NCBI GenBank assembly: GCA_052386995.1 | Contig: JBQTJP010000243.1 | Coordinates: 1-52,239 of the forward strand | Direction of reading: 5' to 3' | Origin: Armatimonadota bacterium | GTDB taxonomy: Bacteria > Sysuimicrobiota > Sysuimicrobiia > Sysuimicrobiales > Humicultoraceae | Length of the DNA stretch: 52,239 nucleotides | Shown here: piece after piece, positions 10,201 to 17,855 of the stretch | Layout: every line of letters starts with the position of its first letter | Position numbering within the stretch: the first letter of the stretch is position 1 | Notes under the pieces: model-generated | Seen by the model: the letters and a program-made list of their open reading frames with translations, nothing else | Told to the model about the DNA's origin: nothing | The model's database searches: none | Made by a program: the position numbers and the translations under genes

Positions 10201-10324
10201 CGAAGACGAGCACGAGACGCCGCATCCACACCACCTGGTAGATGAGCGCGGCCGCTCCTGACGCCGTCGCCATAGCCAGCAGCGCGCCGCGGTGCCGATG
10301 GCGGCCGCTACGGACCGAGGACAA
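7205..10324 (-). CDS. Fused MFS-like / spermidine synthase-like SAM-dependent transferase with longer TPR tail (paralog 2)
   Basis: Same architecture as its neighbour (VFIVGLGSG, AELEP, LSDDWPVIEF) with about 6 TPR-like repeats. Start uncertain (TTG 10324 or ATG 10273). Confidence 0.85.
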   Translation of the reverse strand: MSSVRSGRHRHRGALLAMATASGAAALIYQVVWMRRLVLVFGSTTLATSTALVAFLGGLAIGAWLWGRVADRHAPWSVGVFGLVEAATGAYGLLSMVLLTGIQAVYVRLSPVLEGASGAAVGAQVFLSAAVIMPAAILMGGTVPLLVREVGRGHESPSRPTGALYGWNTVGAAAGAALATYGLLPTIGLRGAVILAAVVNLSIGAAALLLDASDRRRSGRTPHRDHTVGRSGGVASESEADPARLLLVLQALGCSGLAAMAYEVAWARVLGLMMGSSVYAFGALVVVLLAGLGIGSALYGRWRRDPDGHVTAFGIIELLIAITAVLSVIIVPTLPELVVRLHPLVRDSFSLQILEHLGIAGALAFVPALLFGATFPAVVGSLGGSERLGRTIGRVYGANTVGTVLGAYLVGFVLIPSVGLRATIIVGVMANLLAAVIGLGLARSVRAGSVSRVRRVALPLAVSAVVIALVVTPAWRRESLVAGGALAAAHQGSVAGLRAEAAARRLLFYQDGVSATLSVEQAGAHRVLRINGRTNASTLPADMLVQVLPGHVPMLWHRAPRRVFIVGLGSGITAGAVARHPVDVLDIAELEPSGPRAARLFDLENRRVLSDRRVRVFPVDARARLQATPDRYDVIISIPSHLWVAGTAVLYTREFYQTARARLDTDGMFVQWVQKAGLAPQSFRLIVATFQRSFPHTSVWSAGPTHALLLGSPSAQRWDLERVQSRMSAIPGVADDLRAIGIWHPLALFAAFVLGEEDTGRFTMGVGRTLSDDWPVIEFSAPRTIFDDTAPAISAALEAVRRGLLPPMDGFDAQRRIDARASYLLGFGYASLGRAALAIDAMEAAVRASPDVAAHHVGLANQYLRAGRRREALASYQAAVRVDPRQSEALLALGAMQAEDGAGDAALDYYRRAVDAAPDFVEARVALAKALLGRGETSAALAHLIPAASRHPRHAPLHRVLADAWLASDRPDLAAEALVRAATLAPDAATYAVLAGALLRAGRAGDALDAARRALALDPFLPAALDVAERARAALRQSQ

Positions 10325-11216
10325 ACACCACCACCAGCGACGCTTCGGTCGCGGTGTCGCCCCGCACCACGACGCTCACCTGCGTCTCGCGCCCGCGCGC
10401 CACGATGGCGGTGACCGCCCGGCGCAGGTCATCGGCGTCGATCTGCACTTGAGGAGGATCCGTGATGCGTGAGAACGGCCGAGAGAGCAGCCGGGCCTGC
10501 GCGCCTTCCGTCACCGAATCGACCAGGGCGAACAGATCGCGGCTCACCTGTTCGCGGCCCCCCCGTCCGTCGATGGTCCCCTTGCCGAGAACCGCGCCCT
10601 TCTGATAGGCCACGCGGCGGTCGACGAGCTGGACGAACACGCGCAGCGTTTCGCCGCGCAAGGTGTTTTCTAACGAGACGACTCGGACGATGGTCTCACC
10701 CTGCCGCCCCGTGACGAGGCGGCCGATGGCCTCCCAGCTCAGGTTGGGGGGATACAGGCTGAGGATCCCGCCGGTCACCAGATCGGGCGTGATCCCGCCC
10801 GCCACCGCCACGTCGACCGCGCGAATGCGCAGCGCGTCGAGCTGCCGCATGATCTCCTGCTGCGGGCGCCGACCATTGATGACATCGCGAACGACCTCCT
10901 GGTTGCGCAAGAAGGCGATGTCGCCGCCTTTGACCTCACGCAGCCTGGCCTCGGCGGTCTGGATCTGCTCGCGCAGCTCGTTGAGGCGGAACAATCCCGT
11001 CCGGGCATCCCTGGACACCAGAAGGACCGTCGCGAAGGTAATGATCGCGATCAGCATCCCGGTGACCATCGTGACGATCTGCGCCGTGGATCGCGGCCGG
11101 AGACCAAACATGGTCAGCCGTCGCCTGCCGGTCGCCCGCCCCACGAGATTGCCCACGTAGGCGACGGCACCGCTGATGATGATCAGCAGCGGGATGACGA
11201 TAACGCCGGACTCCAC
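10308..11216 (-). CDS. DUF3084 domain-containing protein
   Basis: SGAVAYVGNLVGRATGRRRLTMFGLRPRSTA N-terminal motif, two TM segments and a short coiled coil. Strong TAAGGAGG RBS before the GTG. Confidence 0.8.
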   Translation of the reverse strand: MESGVIVIPLLIIISGAVAYVGNLVGRATGRRRLTMFGLRPRSTAQIVTMVTGMLIAIITFATVLLVSRDARTGLFRLNELREQIQTAEARLREVKGGDIAFLRNQEVVRDVINGRRPQQEIMRQLDALRIRAVDVAVAGGITPDLVTGGILSLYPPNLSWEAIGRLVTGRQGETIVRVVSLENTLRGETLRVFVQLVDRRVAYQKGAVLGKGTIDGRGGREQVSRDLFALVDSVTEGAQARLLSRPFSRITDPPQVQIDADDLRRAVTAIVARGRETQVSVVVRGDTATEASLVVVFVLGP

Positions 11217-11259
11217 AGAATCCTCCTTACGGTCGTGACGCGAGACCGCGACGCACTCG

Positions 11260-12903
11260 CTATGGCAGCGGCCGATCCCCTTCGCATCGGGTCGGACCGC
11301 TCTTGAAGAGGATGCGATACCCGCCGTCCCGCCCGTGTTCCTGCACGCCGCGGGGCAGGCGTCCCGCCACCCACTCCAGGTACTGGTCCTCGGGCGTCAC
11401 GACGGCGAGGCGCGCGTGCAGGCAGACAACCTGGTCGAGTTGATTGGGGTCCCTGATCTCCTCAACCGGCCGCTCACCGTAGTAGATCAGCGAGGCGATC
11501 TCGGGCATCCGCACCGCCGCCACGTGGTCCCCGGGACGCGTGAGCACGTTGACGGTTCGCGCGATGCGAGGCAAAGCCCGCTGCGCCTCGACGGCCGGGA
11601 GAGTGTGGTGCACGAGCACGGGCATCGCGACAACCGGCGTCAGCATCACGGACGCAAGCGCGAGCACGGGCCGGCGCAGCGCGTAGGCCGCCAGCGACAG
11701 CAGGGGGCCGAGGGCGAGCACGCCGGTGATGATGAACAGCGGGACGCGCAGCGCTTCTACCTCCAGTGGATAGCGGACGAGGCCGACGGCAGCGGCGACG
11801 GTCAGGGCCGCCGCCATCCAGACGAACATGAGCCCAAATGCCCATCGAACCAGTCGCCCCTCTTCGCGCGCCCCCTCGAGCGCGCCGCGCCACAGCCGCG
11901 CAATGCCGATCGCAAGGAACGGGTAGACCGGCAGGATGTAGTTGACGGTCTTCGTGCCCGCAAAGGAGAAGAAGGCCAGCGGGACCCCGACCCAGACGAG
12001 CATCACCAGACTTCCGAGATCGCGGCGATGCCGCAGCGCATAGACGACCGCCGGTGCAAAGAAGGCCGCCCACGGCACTCCGCCGGCCAGGAGCACGGGA
12101 ATATAAAACCAGGGCGGGCCCGGCTGATTGTCGATGACACCGACGACCCGGCCGAACATGTACTGGCCGACCGTGATGCGCAGAAATTCGCCTCCGTGCC
12201 GCACGGCTTCGATGCCGTACCAGGATAGTCCGATCGCGGCGAACAGCACCGGTCCCCACACCGGGATCTGACGCCACCTCCACCACTCCCGGCGCACGGC
12301 CCAGAGCACGACAACTGCCATGGCGGGCAGCGCCAGGCCGATCGGCCCTTTCGCAAACGATGCCATTCCCGCCCACACCCAGGCCCACAGATGTGCGCGG
12401 CGCGAGCCGGTGTGATACGCGACCAGATACATATAGAAGGCGAGGAGCATGAACGCCAGCAGGATCGGGTCGAGGATCGCCAGCCGCGCGGAGACGATGA
12501 ACTGCATCGTCGTTGCCAGGATCGCCGCGGCCAGCAGACCGGTCCGCGATCCGTGCAGCAGCCGCCCGATCAGGAATGTCGCGGCCACCGCCACCGTCCC
12601 AAAGATCGCCGACCAGATACGCGCGACAAACGTCGTGAATCCAAAGACCGAGCCGGTCAGCGCCTGCAGCCACATGAAGAGCGGCGGCTTGTCGAACCAG
12701 GGCCGCTGGTTGACGTGCATCGTGAGGGGATCGCGCGTCCGCAACATCTCGCGCGCGGCCTCGGTATAGGTCGCCTCATCGTGCTCCCACAGGTCTCCGG
12801 CGCCGAGCCCGTACGTGAAGATCAGGAGCGCCCCGAGCAGCACGACGAGCAGGTGGGTGGTCTCGGCGCTGAGCGCGCCCAGGCGTGGGCGCTGGGCCCA
12901 CAT
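11260..12903 (-). CDS. ArnT-like GT-C (GT39/GT83) glycosyltransferase, paralog 1
   Basis: HDEATY...AREM, WFDKPPLFMW, KGPIG, KTVNYILP; many TM segments. ATG 12903 overlaps the upstream stop (TAATG). Confidence 0.85.
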   Translation of the reverse strand: MWAQRPRLGALSAETTHLLVVLLGALLIFTYGLGAGDLWEHDEATYTEAAREMLRTRDPLTMHVNQRPWFDKPPLFMWLQALTGSVFGFTTFVARIWSAIFGTVAVAATFLIGRLLHGSRTGLLAAAILATTMQFIVSARLAILDPILLAFMLLAFYMYLVAYHTGSRRAHLWAWVWAGMASFAKGPIGLALPAMAVVVLWAVRREWWRWRQIPVWGPVLFAAIGLSWYGIEAVRHGGEFLRITVGQYMFGRVVGVIDNQPGPPWFYIPVLLAGGVPWAAFFAPAVVYALRHRRDLGSLVMLVWVGVPLAFFSFAGTKTVNYILPVYPFLAIGIARLWRGALEGAREEGRLVRWAFGLMFVWMAAALTVAAAVGLVRYPLEVEALRVPLFIITGVLALGPLLSLAAYALRRPVLALASVMLTPVVAMPVLVHHTLPAVEAQRALPRIARTVNVLTRPGDHVAAVRMPEIASLIYYGERPVEEIRDPNQLDQVVCLHARLAVVTPEDQYLEWVAGRLPRGVQEHGRDGGYRILFKSGPTRCEGDRPLP

Positions 12904-14519
12904 TACAGCGCGGGCCATGCCCCGGCGCAGGGCATGCGATCGGCCTTGGCGAGGATGCGGTAGTCACCGTCTCGCGCCCGCTCAACAACCGCCGCCGGCA
13001 GAAGCGGCTCGACCCACGCGCGATAGTGTGCTTCGGGCACAACGAGAAAGATGCGGTCATGCCGGCACAGCGCCTGGCCGAGCTGATGCGGGGTCTCGAT
13101 CCAGAGCACAGGGTGACGTGCATAGTACATGAGCGACGCGTTCGTGTGCATGCGCACCGCGCCCAGCGCATCACCCGGCCGCATCCGGCCCGCCAGGACA
13201 CGCGCCACCCGCGGGAGCGGGCGCTGGGCTTCAACGGCGGGCAGGGTGTGGTGCACGAGCACCGGGAGTGCGACGACGACGGTGGCCACCAGCGCTCCCA
13301 CCGCGAGCGCCGGCCGGCCGAGGACGTACGTCGCCAGCGACGCGATCGACCCGGCGACGAAGATTGCCACGATGAGCGCGACGGCAGAGCGCAGCGCGGC
13401 GAGCTGAGCGGGGTACTCCACGCGGCCGAAGACCAGCGCCGTCGATATGAAGACGGCGAGGCCCACGAGCAGCAACGCGAAGGCCCATCGCATCAGCCGC
13501 GGCGCATCGGCCGTCCGCCGGTCCAGCGCATCCAGCGCCAGGCGGGCCACCCCTATGGCGATCAGCGGATACACGGGCAGGAGATAGTTGGGAAGCTTCG
13601 TCCCGGCGATCGAGTAGAACACCACGGTGATGCCGACCCACAAGAGAATGACCTGGCTGGCGAGGTGATCGCGACGCCGCGCATGGTAGACGACGGCCGG
13701 CGGCAGATAGGCCGTCCACGGGAACGCGCCCGCCAGCAGCACCGGGACATAATACCACCACGGTCCGGGCTGATTTTCGACGACGCCGAAAAACCTGTTC
13801 ACCAGGTAGTAGCCGAGGGCAGCCTGCACGAACTCCTGACCGTGGCGCGCGATTTCGATGAGGTACCACGGCAGGCCGACGACGGCAAAGATCGCGGGGC
13901 CCAGTGCCGGGATGTCGCGCCACCGCGACCAGTCACGCCGCACGATCCATAGGGCCACCACCACCATGCCCGGCAGGAGCAGGCCGATGGGGCCTTTGGT
14001 GGCCGTGGCCCACCCCGCCCACATCCACGCCCAGAGGTGTGCCCGCCGCGAGCCGGTGGTGTAGGCGACGAGATACATGTAGAGCGCGAGCAGGACAAAC
14101 ACGAGCAGCAGTGGATCGAAGATGGCCAGCCGCGCCTGTCCGAGGAACTGCATCGTCGTGGCCAGGACCGCCGCGGCCAGCAAGCCAGTCCGGGCGTCAT
14201 AGAGCAGCCGCGCCAGCAGGAACGTGACGGCGACCGCAGCGGTGGCCGCGATCGCCGACCAGATGCGGGCCGTGAACTCGGTGAATCCGAACAGCCGCCC
14301 GGTCATGGCCTGCAGCCACATGAACAACGGCGGGTGCACGAACCACGGCCGTCCGTTGGATTGGAGCGTGAACGGATCGCCGCCGTCCGCGATCTGGCGC
14401 GCGATATCGGTGTAGAGCGCCTCATCCTGATCCCACAGCGTCGGAGTGCCCAGACCATACGTGAACAGCATGAGGGCGCCGCACACGATGAGCACCAGAC
14501 GGCGCGTATCGCCCTTCAT
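12903..14519 (-). CDS. ArnT-like GT-C glycosyltransferase, paralog 2
   Basis: QDEALY, WFVHPPLFMW, TKGPIG, TKLPNYLLP; alignable end to end with its neighbour. Start at ATG 14519. Confidence 0.85.
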   Translation of the reverse strand: MKGDTRRLVLIVCGALMLFTYGLGTPTLWDQDEALYTDIARQIADGGDPFTLQSNGRPWFVHPPLFMWLQAMTGRLFGFTEFTARIWSAIAATAAVAVTFLLARLLYDARTGLLAAAVLATTMQFLGQARLAIFDPLLLVFVLLALYMYLVAYTTGSRRAHLWAWMWAGWATATKGPIGLLLPGMVVVALWIVRRDWSRWRDIPALGPAIFAVVGLPWYLIEIARHGQEFVQAALGYYLVNRFFGVVENQPGPWWYYVPVLLAGAFPWTAYLPPAVVYHARRRDHLASQVILLWVGITVVFYSIAGTKLPNYLLPVYPLIAIGVARLALDALDRRTADAPRLMRWAFALLLVGLAVFISTALVFGRVEYPAQLAALRSAVALIVAIFVAGSIASLATYVLGRPALAVGALVATVVVALPVLVHHTLPAVEAQRPLPRVARVLAGRMRPGDALGAVRMHTNASLMYYARHPVLWIETPHQLGQALCRHDRIFLVVPEAHYRAWVEPLLPAAVVERARDGDYRILAKADRMPCAGAWPAL

Positions 14520-14520
14520 C

Positions 14521-15594
14521 CTATCGTACGCGCCAGAGGAGGACGCCACCGGTTGCGGCGACGAGGATGTTGGGCAGCCAGGCCGCCCAGATTGAGCCGA
14601 TCTTGCCGCGTTCACCCAGCGTGAGGGTGACCGACATCATCAGCCAGTACACGAGCAGGACGAAGATGGTGACGCCGAAGCCGATGGACCGCCCGGACCG
14701 GTGTGGCCGGAGGCCGAGCGGGACCGCGAGCAGCGCGAAGAAGACGCTGCTCGTGGGCAGGGCCAGCTTTGCCTGCAGGCTGACCGCGTGCTTCACGACG
14801 CTGATGCCGGCGGCCCGGAGCGCCCGAATCTGCTGCCGCAGCTCACGGATCGACATCTCGTAGGGGTCGCGCGGCGGCTCCGCGATCTGCGCCGGAGTGC
14901 GCCCCAGCGCGACGCGCATCTCCTCGAAGGTCGTCGCGACCCCGCCCTCCCCGCCGAGCAGGTACAGCGCGCCGCGGTAGAGCACCCAGCCGCTCGGCCC
15001 GTACCGCGCCTGCGCGGCCTCGATGACCCGGGCGGGACGGTCCTGTTGAAACTGGATGATCGCGACACGCTCCATCTTGCCCTCGCGCGGATCGATCTCG
15101 CGCACGTAGAAGAGCGAGTCGACGCCGTCGATGCTCTCGCGGAAGTGGACGTTGCGCTGAATCTGCTGGGCCGGGCCTCCGCGCACGGCCTCGGTGAGCA
15201 ACTGCCGGAATCGCGTCTCGGCGGCGGGGACGACCCACTCCCCCAGCGCCAGCGCGCCGAGCATGACCATGACCCCGGCAAAGAGTACGGGCGCGGAGAC
15301 ACGCGCCAGGCTCCATCCGCTCGTCCGCAGCGCGGTGACCTCGTTGCGCTCGCTCAGTCGCGCGAAGGTCAGCAGCGCGCCGAACAGCATGGAAAACGGC
15401 AGGCTGTACGTCGTCAGGTAGGGCACGCGCAGCACCAGGAGCGCAAGGTTCGTGCGCAGCGAGATCGCCGTGTCGGCCCCCAGCCGCGCCAGGAAGAACA
15501 GATGGTTGACCAGCAGGAGCGTGGTGAACAGGGCGACGCCGAAGAAGAAGACGCCCACGATCTCTCTCAGGATGTACCGATCGATCAGGCGCAT
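14521..15594 (-). CDS. lptF: LPS export ABC permease LptF/LptG family
   Basis: MRLIDRYILREI N-terminus, LPFSMLFGALLTFARLSERNEVTALRTSG, periplasmic beta domain, and AAWLPN C-terminus. Confidence 0.9.
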   Translation of the reverse strand: MRLIDRYILREIVGVFFFGVALFTTLLLVNHLFFLARLGADTAISLRTNLALLVLRVPYLTTYSLPFSMLFGALLTFARLSERNEVTALRTSGWSLARVSAPVLFAGVMVMLGALALGEWVVPAAETRFRQLLTEAVRGGPAQQIQRNVHFRESIDGVDSLFYVREIDPREGKMERVAIIQFQQDRPARVIEAAQARYGPSGWVLYRGALYLLGGEGGVATTFEEMRVALGRTPAQIAEPPRDPYEMSIRELRQQIRALRAAGISVVKHAVSLQAKLALPTSSVFFALLAVPLGLRPHRSGRSIGFGVTIFVLLVYWLMMSVTLTLGERGKIGSIWAAWLPNILVAATGGVLLWRVR

Positions 15595-15597
15595 GCC

Positions 15598-16314
15598 CTA
15601 GAGTCGAAACCTCTCGCCCAGGTAGAATCGTCGGGCGTCCGGGCTGGCCATGATCTCGTCCGCGGTGCCGGCGAAGAGAATGCGCCCTTCGTGGATGATC
15701 TCGGAGCGGTCGGTGATCGCCAGCGTGTCGCGGACATTGTGGTCGGTGATCACGACGCCCAGCCCCCGCTCTCGCAGGCGGAGGACGACCTCCTGGATCT
15801 CTGCGACCGACTTGGGATCGACGCCGGTGAACGGCTCGTCGAGGAGAATGAATGACGGATGCATGGCGAGCACGCGCGCGATCTCGACACGACGGCGCTC
15901 CCCCCCAGACAGCGTGGCCCCAACCTGGCGCCGCAGGCGCGTCAGATTGAACTCCTCTAGGAGCTGCGACATCGTGTCACGCCACTCCGCCCGCGGCTTG
16001 CCGTTGGCTTCGAGCACGACCTGGATGTTCTGTTCGACCGTCAGGCCTCGAAACACGGACGGCTCCTGCGCCAGATAGCCGATGCCCCGCCGCGCGCGCA
16101 GGTGGACCGGGAGCTGGGTGATCGGCTGATCATCCAGCCAGACGTCTCCGGCGTCGGGCGCGATGAGGCCGACGATCATGTAGAACGTGGTGGTCTTGCC
16201 GGCGCCGTTGGGTCCGAGCAGCCCGACGATCTCACGCCGTTCGACGCTGATGTCCACCCCGTCGACGACGGTGCGCGTCCCGTAGCGCTTCAGCAAACCT
16301 TTGGCCGCCAGCAT
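15598..16314 (-). CDS. lptB: LPS export ABC ATP-binding protein LptB
   Basis: GLLGPNGAGKTTTFYMIVG, YLAQEPSVFR, LSGGERRRVEIAR, LDEPFTGVDP, ITDHNVRDTL, YLGERFRL. Confidence 0.97.
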   Translation of the reverse strand: MLAAKGLLKRYGTRTVVDGVDISVERREIVGLLGPNGAGKTTTFYMIVGLIAPDAGDVWLDDQPITQLPVHLRARRGIGYLAQEPSVFRGLTVEQNIQVVLEANGKPRAEWRDTMSQLLEEFNLTRLRRQVGATLSGGERRRVEIARVLAMHPSFILLDEPFTGVDPKSVAEIQEVVLRLRERGLGVVITDHNVRDTLAITDRSEIIHEGRILFAGTADEIMASPDARRFYLGERFRL

Positions 16315-16322
16315 GGCTGTGA

Positions 16323-17210
16323 TCAGGGAGGCGTGATCGTGAGCCTGGGTGACCCGCGCGCGGTGGCCCGGGACCGGTCGAGTTCGACCTGGATCTCCTC
16401 GGCCTCGAGGCGGTCACGTCCTCGCTCGACGCGCGCGGCGCCGGAGAGCGTGGCCAGCTGCTCGCGCAGGCGCATCTCGACCCGCCGGCCGGACCCGATC
16501 AAATCACCCCGGCGCAGGCGGACAGATCCCTCACCGCGCGCCTGCTCTCTGGCCACCCACACCGTGACCGTGTCTGCCGTCATGACGCCATCCTTGAATC
16601 GAACCTCGGGCTCTCCGGTGATGACCGCGACCTGATCGGCATCGTCATAGTCCACGCGGCGTCCCGTGACCGTCCATTCTCCTCGGGTGATCGAGACCCC
16701 GCCCGTTGCCGCGAAGCGGCGGGTAGCGAGCGACCCCTCCGCCTCGGGCGCCACGAGCGTGGCGGTCTGGCCGTCGCGCGTGGTCACCAGACGCACGTTG
16801 CCCCTGGCTCGAATACGCTCATCGGCGAGCCGAAGTTCGACGGCGTCGGCCCGCATGGTCATGCCGGGCTCGGCCACGTCGACGCCACCTTCTGCCGTGA
16901 CGATCCGCGCGCGCTCGTCAAACCGGCCGCGCGGCGCGCGCAGCACCATCCGCCCGCGCGTCACGGTCACCGGCGCGCCCTCCACCCGCCAGATGCCCGT
17001 GGCCTCGTCGTACTCGACGACCGTCGCCCCGGTGATCTCGACCGGTAGGGAGCCGGAGACTCTCTGGACGGGCGCCGGCGCCTGCGCGAGCGCCACAGCG
17101 TCAGACGCGGCGGGCACGGCGAGCGCCATCGCGATCGCCGCCGCGGCCACGAGCGGGCCCGAAGGCCTACTCCTGCACAACAACACGGATGTTCCCCACC
17201 AGGTTTGCAT
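16323..17210 (-). CDS. lptA: LptA/OstA family beta-jellyroll protein
   Basis: Signal peptide and repeated beta strands (AEGGV, ARGNVRL, ATGGVSI); lies between lptC and lptB. Confidence 0.75.
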   Translation of the reverse strand: MQTWWGTSVLLCRSRPSGPLVAAAAIAMALAVPAASDAVALAQAPAPVQRVSGSLPVEITGATVVEYDEATGIWRVEGAPVTVTRGRMVLRAPRGRFDERARIVTAEGGVDVAEPGMTMRADAVELRLADERIRARGNVRLVTTRDGQTATLVAPEAEGSLATRRFAATGGVSITRGEWTVTGRRVDYDDADQVAVITGEPEVRFKDGVMTADTVTVWVAREQARGEGSVRLRRGDLIGSGRRVEMRLREQLATLSGAARVERGRDRLEAEEIQVELDRSRATARGSPRLTITPP

Positions 17211-17772
17211 GGCGCAGCGAGGTATCGGCGGTCAGCCGATCGGCGCGCAAGGTCAGGCCCTTTTGACGAAGCACCACCCCGCCCGTTGCAATGACCTGCT
17301 GTGTCTTTGGAATCCATTCCACGTTGTCGGCCTCCATCGCACGACCGGACGCCGCCCGGGCGCGCACTCCGCCGGCGAGCACCACGACGCGGGTGTTGGC
17401 GTTGAAGGTGCCGCGCGCCGCCGAGAACGAGATCTCCGGCTTGCCGCGCTGGAAGTACGTCCCCCGCACCTTCGTGAGCACGGCGGTGTTCGCCACGCCA
17501 TCGACGACGACTTCGTCGGCGCGAAGCTCCCACTGGCGGCGCCCCTGTGCGTCGACCGTCGTGACCGTCGTCCGCTCGACCTCCACGGGGGGAAACTGCC
17601 CGGCCCGGGGAGACGGCGCAGGAGCCGGAGTCGGCGTCGCGGACACCGCTGAGGCCGGTGCCGCGCCCTGAGGCTCCGGTTCGGACCCGCTCTTCGTCAG
17701 ATACACCCCGCCAAGCGCGACGATGCTCGCCAAGAGCAACCCGAACCCAATCACCCGCCAGCGACCGCCCAT
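17167..17772 (-). CDS. lptC: LPS export periplasmic protein LptC
   Basis: N-terminal TM, GRRQWELRADE, jellyroll strands ending GNIRVV; synteny. Confidence 0.8.
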   Translation of the reverse strand: MGGRWRVIGFGLLLASIVALGGVYLTKSGSEPEPQGAAPASAVSATPTPAPAPSPRAGQFPPVEVERTTVTTVDAQGRRQWELRADEVVVDGVANTAVLTKVRGTYFQRGKPEISFSAARGTFNANTRVVVLAGGVRARAASGRAMEADNVEWIPKTQQVIATGGVVLRQKGLTLRADRLTADTSLRHANLVGNIRVVVQE

Positions 17773-17826
17773 GAATGCCTCCGCCGATACCCCGGGTGCC
17801 GTCGCGGCGGGCCCGAAGCCGGCCTC

Positions 17827-17855
17827 ATCTTACTCGATGGTCAAATCGGTCTCAA
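17827..17855 (-). promoter_or_regulatory. Putative internal sigma70-type promoter for lptCAB-lptF
   Basis: TTGAGA-N17-TAAGAT overlapping the lpxB stop, ~55 nt upstream of lptC. Confidence 0.5.
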
